From the human T2T-CHM13v2.0 reference genome, Homo sapiens, in the NCBI GenBank assembly GCA_009914755.4, contig CP068257.2:35840001-35904000 (forward strand): a stretch of 64,000 nucleotides of DNA, given 5' to 3'. A program made the translations under genes and the position numbers. Below are positions 15,381-29,049 of the stretch, piece by piece. Numbering within the stretch: the stretch's first letter is position 1; each line of letters begins with the position of its first letter. The notes beneath the pieces are model-generated. The model had not been told where the DNA came from and ran no database searches. It worked only from the letters and a program-made list of their open reading frames with translations.

Positions 15381-18300
15381 TAAGAAGTTTGCATTAAATT
15401 TTTTTTTTTTAATTTTTACTTGTATTTCACTTAAACACTCATAAACATAACCACAGTCTCTCATTCTGTAATAGAAAGGGGAAAAGTTATTTCTGAAGAA
15501 TATTAAAGGATCTTGAAGAAAAAGCTTATTTTTATGGAAAGGTGGCTAAGTTAAAACCGTTACAGGAAAGCAAGTCAGATTCCATTACAGCAAACTTACA
15601 GAACCAATTTTGTGTTATTTTAAACTACCTTTCTACACATTTGTAAAAATAAATACAAAACTCCCTAAAATTCAAAAGAGATGTATGCAAATTAACCGTG
15701 CTATTTATTCTAATATTCAGACAGGCTATTCACCATTTTTCTATGAAGTGAATGGTGTAAATAGAATACATGCTGAACTCTTGGTACTCACACACACATA
15801 CACATGCATATATATGTATGTGTATGTATTTTTAATATCTTTCTAAATTAACTGCACCGTCTACGTTGAGTTTTGGTTTGGGAGACTTAACAGCTGTAGT
15901 TGTGTGAAAGTTTCTTGCCCCACGGATATTTGATGTGTGATGAGCACTGAAAATGGCTGCTTTTCCATGGACTTAGAAATTTGGTTTGCCATTCTTTTGT
16001 TTAGGTCTTTTAATATATTGTGTGAGGATAAAAGAGTTGGGAGATTTAAAAGTATGTCTTTTCCTGGTGTCTTGTTTATATTAAAACGTGTTTGTAATAA
16101 AATTTTGCTAGTAGGCTGACATAATGTTTAAAATATACAACATGTTAACATTCACAGTTAAATCGTTACAATAAGATGAATTTGGCAGGACTTAAGATTT
16201 TATGTAGTGAATTGATTTCAGTTTAGTTGCGTGTTTGAGAATTGGGACAGTTGTTCAGAATGTCCAAGTTTAGGAAGTGTTTAATTGTGTACCAGAAGAA
16301 AACTGCCTGGAAATCTAATAATAATAACACGATGATCCATTTGCACTTTGAGGAAACCAAGTTGATTCAGATTAATTTTCCCACTTGTTCAAAAGCAGCC
16401 TGTCAGGCAGAGTGCTGTTTTTAATGTGTTTCACAGCTGAAAGGACTGCGCTCCCATTTGTGACTTTTCCGTGTGTGAGCAGGAGACTGTGGGGTCCAGC
16501 CTGGGCTTCCTTCTTCTTAGATACAGTGCTCTTTCAGGTCTAACCTCTGGTGTCTACAGCGGGCTAGGAAAACTTCCAGTCCTTTAAAGTCATTTTTATC
16601 ATTATATTATTTTAGTAAATAATTTAATTAACAAAGCACCTATTTTTATATCCAACTAACGTCTTATGTGTATTTGGATCATATAAAATAAGAGATATTT
16701 CACTTACTATTTCTGTTTTAAGCTATGAAATACTTTTAAAGATTTGTGTGATGTAAAAAGACTATCTTTAAAGTAATAATACTCAGCCAAATATTTCTGC
16801 CAAAATCCAAAAATTTCTGGGCCTAATAAGGGAGTCATATTAGAGGATCCCTTTCCTGTAACTAAAGTGTAGGCTGCGTATTAAGTGGCATAGTCTAGTC
16901 ATAGGACCTGGCTTCAAGGTCTTGGCCGGCTCATGATCTGGTTGTAGGATTTGAGTTAGGTTATTTGTACCCTTCATATCTGTTCCTTGGGTGTCAAATT
17001 GGCACCTCCGACTAGAACCCCCAACACATACAAAGTACCTTTTAGCTGTAAACTTACTGTAATTTCATTATTTAATTTTCATTGTTTCTTGTTAATCATC
17101 CTATCAGATGTCTTTTAAAAGAGAAATAGAGCGAAAGTAGGTGTAGAAGAGGAAGACTGATGTTTGGAATGCTGGCTCTCTGGGCTATTCTAGTTTTCAC
17201 AATATCTTCCATAGTTCTTAAATTCTAGTACCCTGGATATGTGTTATAGATGCTATTCAGCTTTATTAATGCTCTCAAAATAACAAGAAAGGCAGAATAC
17301 AGTGTTTCTGATTCTTCATTATATAGGAAAACAGGAGGTAAATATAAATAAAATGAAATAGGTATTATAATGGAAAACAGTTTTTGAAAGGAGTCCTAGA
17401 GCTTATACTAAAGAATCTTTTCAGGACAAAAGTTAATTATTGTTTTAGCTCTTATAACTGATCTAAGCAGGAGGTTTGTAATCTGGGTGAAGTAAAAGGA
17501 GCAAGAGATGTGAGCATTGAGGGTGTACTGTTTCTAGCTCCTGGAGGCAGATAGCTGAGGCAGCAGGAGGAGGTCACCTCAACTTCCCTTTTATTAGGTT
17601 ACTTGCCTTGCAAAAGGGGTCATTTCTGCAGCTTGGTGAGCTCCTGGGTCCTCTGAACACCATGGACTTAACTTTTTGCTGTAGAAGGTAGAAGGGAGCT
17701 TGCTCTATTACTGTACATTCTCTTGACTTTGGCTAGCAGAAGCAGGAAGTAGAGAAAGTGTCAGATGCTTAGGGCTGGCCTTGAGTGTTAGTATAGATAT
17801 ATAAGTAGGTATTTGGAAAAGCTGCTTTCTAATTCTGGATATGTACTAATGGCATCACAATGTTCCAAAAGAAAAATTTGGTTAATATGAAATCACAATG
17901 AAAGCATAGGGAGTATTACTTGCTTTGTAGACATTTATTTGTTCTTTCCATGTATTTTGAGCATCTCAATGCAGGATGTTGTTTGAAGCATGAAATATAA
18001 ACAGCTTGGCCTTGTAGGCAGAGTATGACCAGTTGTGGAAAAGATTAGCAACATTTTGTGAAGTGCTAAGCACACAGCACACACTCATATTGAGTGCAGA
18101 AATTTGATCATGTAACTCATGTTTATATCCTATTTTGTATATGTACTGTATATTTGAAATTTTTTTTTGATTATATGTGATTTTGGTGTTTTTGAGTGAG
18201 CATCATTACTCCTGAATGTAGTTACTGATTCTTTTTTCAGATGTTTGAAATACCAGTGGAATTGTAAATGGGCAAGTTAAAAACTTAAAGACATTCACAG

Positions 18301-18516
18301 TTTTTTGATGTAACTAATTTTAATAAATGCCTTTGCTTATTTTAGGCATACCTCAATTACTTTGCTCAACAAATAGCCTAAAAATGACTGCTAAGAGGGT
18401 AGACTAGAGGCGTAACATTGATAGGGAGCTCCTGGCAAGAGTGTCCTCGTTAAGAGCCTGGGGTTAGGCATGGACATCTTCAGCTACAATATTATAGTAG
18501 CTGCACTACGATAATA

Positions 18517-18740
18517 TTTCGGACCACCCGGATGGTGATTTTCCTGTTCTTTAACTGGCTCTGGGACCTTGGTCAAGTTCTTTAACGTTGGAGACTCTGG
18601 TTTCGTGTGTGTAAAATGGTCACAGGAATGGTATTTATCTCCCTTGAGATTGTTGAGGGGATTGCATGGAAGACTTGTAAAAATATGCATGCTAAAAACA
18701 TGTTGTTCAGTAAATACCTGCTACTGTTATTGTTACTTTA
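18517..18740 (+). mobile_element. MIR-family (tRNA-derived mammalian-wide) SINE fragment.
   Basis: Core ...ctctgggaccttggtcaagttctttaacgttggagactctggtttcgtgtgtgtaaaatggtcacaggaatggtatttatctc... resembles the MIR consensus (gtgaccttgggcaagtcacttaacctctctgggcctcagtttcctcatctgtaaaatgggg...). A related 35-bp 5' segment recurs at 19391-19440. Confidence 0.6.
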
Positions 18741-20517
18741 TTATTAAGTTATTCGGTTGACTCTACCAATGACTTATACTTCCTGTCAACTTTTATTATA
18801 GCAGTAATGAAGCATTGCACTGATTCAGATTTTGTGAAACCTCACATTTAGGCTGCACTCCACCAGCCCAAGAAAGGGGCTTACTGAATAAACTACCTAC
18901 ATGAAAACAATGCTGGGAACTTAAATTAAAAAAGAAAAGACATTTAAGGGAAACCTTTCATCACCCTAAATGCTTACAGCATTCATTCACAGAAAAACTG
19001 ACGTTTATTACCCATATTAATTTATGCATTAAGTCCTTAAGGAATAGTATAAAAATATTCTGTGAACTTAGCATTAGCTACTGTTTAGAAAAGTAAGACT
19101 GTCTATTTGAAAAATTAAATCAGATCATCTTCTTAATTCTGATGATTTTTGTCAGACAAATAGTATAATCACCAAGGGTTCCCCTCCCCCCCCCAACCTT
19201 ATTTGGAATTAAGAAGCACAGGACTTTGAGAAGAGATAGTGTTATTTCAGTAAATGGGTGAATTTGCCCTCTGGGTAACAACTTTTTAGAGTTTGAGTAT
19301 ACATGCAGAAGAAACCAGTGTTAATGTTGGTTCATGATAAAGCGCACGTAGTAAAGTTCATGATTTACAGCACGTAAAATGCTGTAACAATTCTGTCTTT
19401 TCGGACCACATGGATGGTGATTTTTCCTGTTCTGTCCACTGGTACAAACCTCCCCTCTTCTCTTTTTTGGTGTGGGTTAGGTTAACAATTATACCATGAC
19501 TCCACACATTTTTGCGAGGTCTTAGTATGATGTGTTTACTGTCACTCTGCCCCTCCGATTGACCCGAGTGTCCTTGGAGAGATGTTGTGTCAGGGTCTTC
19601 TGGCTCATTTCCCAGCACAAATGTCCAGAAGAGTTGGGCAGGAACACAAAGATGGGCCAGGGGGAATGGCTGTGACCACCTTGATGGAAATAATTGGTTT
19701 TGAGGATCTGTTGATTGCAAGAACCCCCATTGGGAATCCTTTGACTGAGGCATGGCACTTGCTGGAGCAGTGGCACTTGGACAGCAATCCAGGATCATTG
19801 ATGCTAGCCACAGCACTCCTGGGGTGTGTGTATAGAGGGGGTGCATGCCCCTGCTCTATCATCTGTTGTAATTGCTGTGGAAACGGTCTAGCAGGATGCT
19901 CACGGTGGAACCCCTCATTGCCTGTCAGATGGTGTCGAGAGCCATGAGTTGGGATCAGGGAAGGGGACTGTGAGGGCAAGCCTTGGTTAGGGGCAGATAT
20001 TTGTCAGAGGGCAGCAGGGTCTGGAGACATTAGGAGCTGAATTTCTTCTTATTAGGAGCAGTTGGAGGGAATGGTGCTCTGCTGCCAGCCCCCTTTTTTG
20101 GTGCCAGCTGGGTCCTGAAATCCTATGTTAAGGAAGCTGAAAGTTGCCTCTGAGGGCTGGGTTTATCTTTGTCTGCTAGTTGTGAACCTGGTCAGGTTTT
20201 AGGAATAATTCAGAAAAAAATTTTCTTTGGGCTAATTGTGTGGTAGAGAAGCCCTCGTGGGCAACATCCTGTGTGTCTCCTAGATTGGCGTATGTCTGCA
20301 TTTCTACCACTTTAAATTTGGCGGAATAGGATCAAAGCCTCAGGCAGCTGGGCATATTATCCTCTAATTTCATTGATTTGTTCTAGTGGTTGTCTTTATT
20401 GGAATCCACATGAAAGGGAACTTTGAGAGAGAATGTATAATCATCTAATGTGTAGCTGTCTTTAAAAAAGTAGATACATGCAGGTTACAGAAGAGGGAAT
20501 TTATATCTTATAGTTAA

Positions 20518-20682
<165 letters not shown>

Positions 20683-21952
20683 TAATAACATCTATCTTGC
20701 AATATGTCATTGAGAAAAAAAGTGTGACCTATTTACCCTAAACTTTTTTTTCATTCCTAGTAGTTGTCATATTGATGATTATTATGAAGACTAATGATTT
20801 AGAAATAATATTACAATTATGTAAAAGATATATTAACAAGGACTGCAGAGTATAAAGATAATTGTGGATAACTTGATTTTTTTAAGGTTGTATTTAATAT
20901 ACTGTTATTTCTTTTTTTAATTTTTATTTTTTGTTTTTTATTTCATTTGAGTTCTGTAATAACTTATTCAAAACAAGAAAGGGGAATAAGGACTCTAAAA
21001 GTATATATGTGTTAGAATTTTTGCTAGAATTTTTATATATTTGTTTCTGCTTTTGCCATGGGTGTCAGGAAGCTCTGAAATATGTTTAATACCTAGTTAC
21101 AGGCATTTGGCCTAGTTTATTTGATCTATCTATATTTCTGTGATTTTATTGTCTTTTAACTTTTTATGTGTGTTCTTTTATCTATATCTTTTTATGATAA
21201 GATGTCCAGAAGCTTTTTTGTTGTAAGTAAATAAGATAAAAAACAGACACAGCACTTTGAATTCCTTGCCTGTACTTGGTGTTTTGCCACCGAAAATTTT
21301 TCTGGTGTCTTGGACCATTGGCTTCATTGCCATTTGCTTGTGGCTTCAACTCTGTCTCCAAAGTTAATTATTAAAGGAGCATTTCTGGAGAAGAATCCAT
21401 GCTTTCTTTCCTCTTCTAGTGGGAGCCCTGCACCCTTTCATGTTGAAGGCTTGTCCTTTGCCAGCTTTAGAGCTGCTTAGCTGAAAAGTGAAAAGATGTT
21501 CTTAGGTACATGCAAATTTTATAGCAATTTAATGTTATTTAATGACAGTATTACTACATTACAGTGGCAGTGTGGCAACGTAAAATTAGAATGAACTCTG
21601 TGAGGAACATTTCTGAGTTAGATTTTGTACACATTTATATATTATAAACATGTTCCAGACTAGCTTGTGATTATCTGAATATATCTGATAAATTGTTGAT
21701 AACAGTATATTAATTTCAATTTGTTATTATCTGATAAATTGTTAACAAAGCTACAGTTAAACTGTTGTTAACAGTAGCTTTCTTGGAGCTTGTTTTTAAG
21801 TGTCTTAACCACGTTATAAAGTAGACTTTTTCTGATGTTATTCCATGCAGTGTAATTTATAATTTCGCCAAAGTTAGTTTACCAGTTACCTGGACTGTTT
21901 CCTAGTTCATCTAGTATTTTTTTTTTTTACTAGTCTTAGAAACAGTGTTGGT

Positions 21953-21990
21953 GTTTTGTTTTTGTTTTTGTTTTTGTTTTTGTTTTTGTT
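21953..21990. repeat. (GTTTT)n pentanucleotide microsatellite, about 7 units, adjoining the Alu poly-T.
   Basis: Read directly. Confidence 0.9.
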
Positions 21991-22307
21991 TTTTTTTTTT
22001 TTTTTTTTTTTTTTTTTGGAGACAGAGTCTCACTTTGTCACCAAGGCTGCCAGCCTGGAGTGCAGTGGCGCGATCTCGGCTCACCGCAACCTCCGCCTCC
22101 CAGGTTCATACCTTTCTCCTGCCTCAGCCTCCTGAGTAGCTGGGACTACAGGTGCCCGCCACCATGCCCAGCTAATTTTTTGTATTTTTAGTAGAGATGG
22201 GGTTTCACCGTGTTAGCCAGGATGGTCTCGATCTCCTGACCTCGTGATCCACCCTCCTCGGCCTCCCAAAGTGCTGGGATTACAGGTGTGAGCCACCGCG
22301 CCTGGCC
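21991..22307 (-). mobile_element. Alu SINE (- orientation), CpG-rich.
   Basis: Poly-T, then ggagacagagtctcactttgtcacc...ggcgcgatctcggctcac...; ends ...accgcgcctggcc. Confidence 0.9.
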
Positions 22308-22997
22308 CAGAATCAGTGTTAAAGAAAATAACTCAGCCTGTGATTAACCATAGGCGTATGGTCTTTGGGAGTGGGGGCTAAGAGGCCATAGCTGTTTTTC
22401 ATTAATCGTTATATTTTTATAGGTTTAAAAACTGGGCATGTCTCAGAGGGCCTATTTATTTTAGTAAAACATCACTTGGTCTACATCTGAACTTATTTTA
22501 AAAATATGTTGCCATAAAATCAAATATAAATAAATTCATGCAAGTTACAGAAGAGGGAATTTATATCAATAAATTCCCTTTATATCCCAAATATAAAGTT
22601 GGGATTGACTGGAAGGGGGCATGAGAGAACTTGAACTTGAGGGACATGAAAATGTTACTTGGCTGTTTGGCATTTGGTAACTTTTGTCAAAATTCCTCAT
22701 GTTGAACTCTTAAGATCTGTGCCACCTCACTGTATATAAATTATACTTCAATTTAACAAATAAATATAAACCAGGTCCTTTTACTTTTCTTGAATGGCAT
22801 ACTTTGAACAAGTCACTTAACATTTTTTGTTTACAAAGTCTATAAACAGTATAACTATAATGAATTTCACTGTATAAATTTTTTCATTGGTTAGATCAGT
22901 ATTATTTTCTAACTCAAATGTCAACTGTAGAAAATAGGTGTGTGTCAATATACTCTGATAATGCCCTTCCTCACAGTGATTTAAATTTTACAGTTAA

Positions 22998-23213
<216 letters not shown>

Positions 23214-23716
23214 TAATGGAAAATGCTGAATTTCATTAGTTAGAAAGAACTTCTTAGTGAATCTTGTTGTTAACAGCCCTTCCTCAAGAGTGTACTTTTA
23301 ATATTTGCAAATAGAGCTCAGCAATGGATATGCAAGTATTTGGATGACCATAATTCTTTAAAGGTAGTGATACTGCATCAGTAATATAAACTCCTTAGAC
23401 TTCTAAAAACTTTTATGGCTACCAAGTGCTCATTTTACTAATGACTGGTGAATTTTAATCACTTAATAGATAGTATTGCCTCTTTGTTATGGGCCTTGTA
23501 TAGTCTGTAGATGATTGTTAATTACATATGCTAGAGGTATTTACCTTCTTGTCCGATAGACCACTTCAAAGAGAAAAGAATTACCATGTTCAGGTGGTGC
23601 AGTGGGAGTCCACTCACTTTTCAGGAGGCTTTGGAAAGCTGGGGGTTGTTCCCTGGCTTTTTCTCCCACTTCATGTTGTAACTATATCAGACCTCTAAGC
23701 AGGCAGGCAGTCTTAG

Positions 23717-24076
<360 letters not shown>

Positions 24077-24103
24077 TCCTTGTATTTTTAAAAATATTTT
24101 TTC

Positions 24104-24240
24104 GGGTCAGGCGTGGTGACTCACACCTATAATCCCAGCACTTTGGGAATCTGAAGCAGAAGGATCACCTGAGCCCAGTAATTCCAGAACAGCCTGGGCA
24201 ACATAGCAAGACCTTGTCTCTATTCATTTAAAAAAAAAAA
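24104..24240 (+). mobile_element. Free left Alu monomer (FLAM-like) or 3'-truncated Alu, with an A-tail.
   Basis: gggtcaggcgtggtgactcacacctataatcccagcactttggga...cagcctgggcaacatagcaagaccttgtctc + A11. Only one arm is present. Confidence 0.7.
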
Positions 24241-24669
24241 ATGTTAGGGGGATCTCTGGTTGTGGTCCCCCAGCTGTTCCCAGTTGTAAGTCCTTCTATC
24301 ACATTGAGTCACAGAGCTGTGTTTTGTTTGAGGTGTGATTTGCTGATAATCCCAGTCTCCTCTGCCTTGCAGCCCTTGTGGAATGAGATGGTTATTAATC
24401 TGCAGTCCAAACTTTTGACTTTTCGATGATGAGGATAGAATGGGAATCAAAATGACTTTTCCTAAATTGCCTTTTTTTGTTTTCTTAAACTATGGAACCT
24501 GCATGTGCTTACTTCTCTGTTCCTGCCCTGAGAGAACACAAAATACATGCTCCTTTTTAACCTGTGAGGAAAAAGCCATCATGCTTAAAACAGAAAGTGT
24601 TCTGTATTATCGGGGGAAATTCAGCCAGATATCGGGCAAAATTCACCCCCAATATTTCATGTAGGTTCT

Positions 24670-25700
24670 TTTCTATTTTCCCTAAGCGTCGGCCGGTTTG
24701 AGAAATAAAGGGACAGAGTACAAAAGAGAAATATTTTAAAGCTGGGCATCTGGGGGAGACATCACATGTCGGTAGGTTCTCTGATGCCCCACAAGCCGCA
24801 AAACCAGCAAGTTTTTATTAGGGATTTTCAAAAGGGGAGGGAGTATACGAATAAGGTGTGGGTCACAGAGATCACATACTTCACAAGGTAATATAATATC
24901 ACAAGGCAAATGGAGGCAGGGCGAGATCACAGGACCACAGGACCAGGGCGAAATTAAAATTGCTAATGAAGTTTTGGGCACCACTGTCATTAATAACATC
25001 TTATCAGGAGACAGGGTTTGAGAGCAGACAACTGGTCTGACCAAAATTTATTAGGCGGGAATTTCCTTGTCCTAATAAGCCTGGGGGTGCTATGGGAGAC
25101 TGGGGCTTATTTCATCCCTACAGTCTCGACCATAGAAGACGGCCACACCCAAGGGGGCCATTTCAGAGACCTACCCTCAGGGGCTCATTCTCTTTCTCAG
25201 GGATGTTCCTTGCTGAGAAAAAGAATTCAGCGATATTTCTCCCATTTGCTTTTGAAAGAAGAGAAATATGGCTCTGTTCCGCCCGGGTCAGTGGTCAGAA
25301 TTTAAGATTATCTCTCTTGTTCCCTGAACATTGCTGTTATCCTGTTCTTTTTTCAAGGTGCCCAGATTTCATATTGTTCAAACACACATGCTCTACAATT
25401 TGTGCAGTTAATGCAATCATCACAGGGTCCTGAGGCGACATACATCCTCCTCAGCTTACGAAAATGACGGGATTAAGAGATTAAAGACAGGCATAGGAAA
25501 TCACAAGGGTATTGATTGGGGAAGTGATAAGTGTCCATGAAATCTTCACAATTTATGTTTAGAGATTGCAGTAAAGACAGGCGTAAGAAATTATAAAAGT
25601 ATTAATTTGGGGAACTAATAAATGTCCATGAAATCTTCACAATCCATGTTCTTCTGCCGTGGCTTCAGCTGGTCCCTCCGTTTGGGGTCCCTGACTTCCC
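24670..25700. mobile_element. Unclassified interspersed repeat of about 1 kb, probably an ERV-derived solo LTR. It contains an internal tandem duplication of a roughly 78-bp unit at about 25480-25650.
   Basis: Non-Alu, non-L1 and ORF-poor. The internal duplicated unit (...aagacaggcRtaRgaaatYaYaaRRgtattRatttggggaaNtRataaRtgtccatgaaatcttcacaatYYatgtt...) is typical of LTR U3 regions. I could not assign a family. Confidence 0.35.
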
Positions 25701-25945
25701 GCAACACTCTATGTCATTAGCAGCCACAGGTCTAAATCCAGAAAAATAAACGTGTAAGCAAATATGAACATTTGTGTTAGACCTGTGTCACTCCAGTGTG
25801 GCCCTACCAGTCCCTGATGTCACGTGTATATGTCTTCTTCCCATGATTTGAAAGAATTTTGGTAATTACACATAATCCAGGGACTTTTTCCTTGAATTAT
25901 AACCTCTTTTTCTTCTGAGGGGGTTTTCAGTGCTTTGGGAGTCCT

Positions 25946-25947
25946 TT

Positions 25948-25981
<34 letters not shown>

Positions 25982-26263
25982 GAGACAGGGTCTCACTGTA
26001 TCAGCCTGGCAGGAGTGCAGTGGAGTAGTGATCATGGTTCACTGCCTCAACCTCCTGGGTTCAAGTGATCCTCACACTTCAGCCTCTAGAGTAGCTGGGA
26101 CTACAGGCACGTGCCACCATGCCTGGCTAATTTGTTGTTTTTTTGTAGAGGTGAGGTCTTACTGTGTTGCCCAGGCTGGTCTTGAACTCCTGGGCTCAAC
26201 CAGTCCTCGCATCTCAGCTTCCCACAGTGCTGAGATTATAGGCCTGAGCCACCACACCTGGCC
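25946..26263 (-). mobile_element. Alu SINE (- orientation) with a (TTTTG)n tail.
   Basis: Poly-T/(TTTTG)n, then agagacagggtctcactgtatcagcctggcaggagtgcagtgg...; ends ...ccacacctggcc. Confidence 0.9.
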
Positions 26264-26279
26264 TGGGAGTCCCTCTTGA

Positions 26280-26705
26280 TTAAGGTCTTCCTGTTAGTCA
26301 GAAGCAGCTTCTCTGTCAGCCTCTTAAGGAAAGGCATTTGTGAGGCCCAGTCCTTAACTAAGGGTGTGAATACCCTCTACTGGTTCCCAACCCGGGCTAC
26401 ACAGCAGGAGGTGAGTGGTCAGCAAGCATTACCGCCTGAGCTCCGCCCCGTCAGATCAGCAGCAGCGTTAGATTCTCAAAGGAGCTCAAACCCAATTGTG
26501 AACTGTGCATGCGAGGGATCTAGGTTGTGTACTCCTTATGAAAATCTAATGCCTAATGATGTGAGGCAGAACAGTTTGATCCCCAAACCATCCACCTCAC
26601 CCCTACCTACCCTGGCCGTGAAAAAATTGACTGCTGCTCTAGACCTAGAGAGTGCTACCTCCGCCATGAAAACTTCACTAACGTTTGGGCAGTTGCACTC
26701 AATAG
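26280..26705. mobile_element. Remnant of a non-autonomous DNA transposon (hAT/MER-like).
   Basis: Contains the familiar motif ...cagatcagcagcagcgttagattctcaaaggagctcaaacccaattgtgaactgtgcatgcgagggatctaggttgtgtactccttatgaaaatctaatgcctaatgatgtgaggcagaacagtttgatcc.... I cannot name the family with certainty. Confidence 0.45.
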
Positions 26706-26710
26706 GTCCC

Positions 26711-27010
<300 letters not shown>

Positions 27011-28851
27011 CTAATAGCTTACTTTCTAACTTTCCTGACATCTACCATGCAAATTGTAGCCATACAGGCTGCTCTGTAAGCTGATTGGCCCCTGATGACT
27101 CAGTCTTTGTGCTCATAGTTAGGTTTTTCTTCTCCCCTTCACCTTAGTTTTCTCATACTCAGATTCCACAGAACAAGTGAGCACAGGAACCCTGTGACGA
27201 TAGAGTCCTGCTTGACGTTGAACTCCTTTTTCCCAGGGCAGACTGATACTTCCCCTCTTGGGCTGAGGTGTTGTGCAGTGTCCACGTTGAGGTTCAGGTC
27301 CTGTCCCTCACCAGAATAGTATCTTCTGTATAGACTTGGTCAGACTTTCTCCACATTCTGTGTCAGGTTATTGTCAAATAAGGGATTTCTCCATTTCCGT
27401 AGCCAATACTTACCAATCCTGATTGCGTATTGAAATTTCTTGGGGAGCTTACCCAAAAAATTACTGATGTCTGGGCTCCAGGCCAGTTAAATTCTCTAGG
27501 CATTGATGTAAAAGAAAAAAAAAACCTTATTAAATTTGTAATTCATGGTCAAAAACTGGCAGTTAGCCTGTTAACTGTTTGGCAAGTCAGTAGATACTTG
27601 GGCCCACATGAGTGTCCTTTATCCTGCAGCCCATCAGGATCTGGGCACTGAACTGCAGCTCTTAGTGCAGTCAGTACATCCAGTGAAGCAGAAGCATATC
27701 AGAACCCCTTGGCCACATGTTTACAAGGGTAGCCTCTGTTATAAAAGACCACAGAGAGTGTCTTTTAGAATTGAGTGAAACCAGAGATTAGTGCATTTTT
27801 TATTCCAAGTTTGATTTCAGTTGAGCCATTCAGAATCTGTCACAGTAGATTTAGCCTTGACTGATGAAGATCTGAGAACATACGTTTCATCCTCTTCCTG
27901 ACCTTATGGTTTCATCCTGCACCTTGGAATCATTTGGAGTTCCTTCCCCATCCCCAGGCTTTTTGAATGTGCTAGAAAATGTATCTAAAAGAATTACTTA
28001 TTCAGACAATGTATAATATTATAAATGTAACTTCTATTTTATTAGTTGTAATGGTTGTCACTGGTTAATAAGAGATAACATTTTCTTTTACTTATATATT
28101 GATTTTGTAATGTTTATGTAAATCTTTTATAGTAAGTAGTATGAACCTCGTTTTAAATGAGTCAGATTTCAAGTGAGAGGTGTTGCATGGTGATGTGTGC
28201 TCATGAACGCTGTGCTTTCCTTAGCAGTAATTCTCATTTTAAAACTATCATAATCCCCCAATTATGGCGTTTGTGGCATTGTGGAACTTTACTGGTAATT
28301 TGTGTTTGATTTTTTTTTAGTCTAAACCAATTTTTCTTTTATATACTTAGGTTTTTATGTATGAAAATCTAATTGAAAGTTAGAAAGTTATCTGAAGCCT
28401 TCTGCTGATAAACTTTTAAATATTTCATACATATTCTTAGGGTTCAGGTATCTCTCATTAAAAGAATAGTTCGATGAGTTGTTTTATAGTGTTATTTAGT
28501 AAGAAAGATAAAAAAACCTAAGCATTTGTCAAGAGTCATAATTTATTTCTGAAGGAGGAAAATAGTTAATTTAATTTTATTAAGAAAATTATCTATTTTG
28601 TGGATATTTAGAAATATTGTACAAATGCAAAAAGAAATTCAATTTAAAAGATTGATTTAAAGTTACTGTGTAATAAGTGGATATATATTGAATAGAAATA
28701 GATGGCATCTCTTCTACTTAGGAAGGTCAGAAAAATAATTATAAAAACATATAATTGAGAATTAGGTAAATGTTATAATTAAGGTGAATTATAAATTATT
28801 GTGAAATTTTTGCAATTAATGAAATAGAGAATTATTCATCTTCTCTTTTAG

Positions 28852-29049
<198 letters not shown>

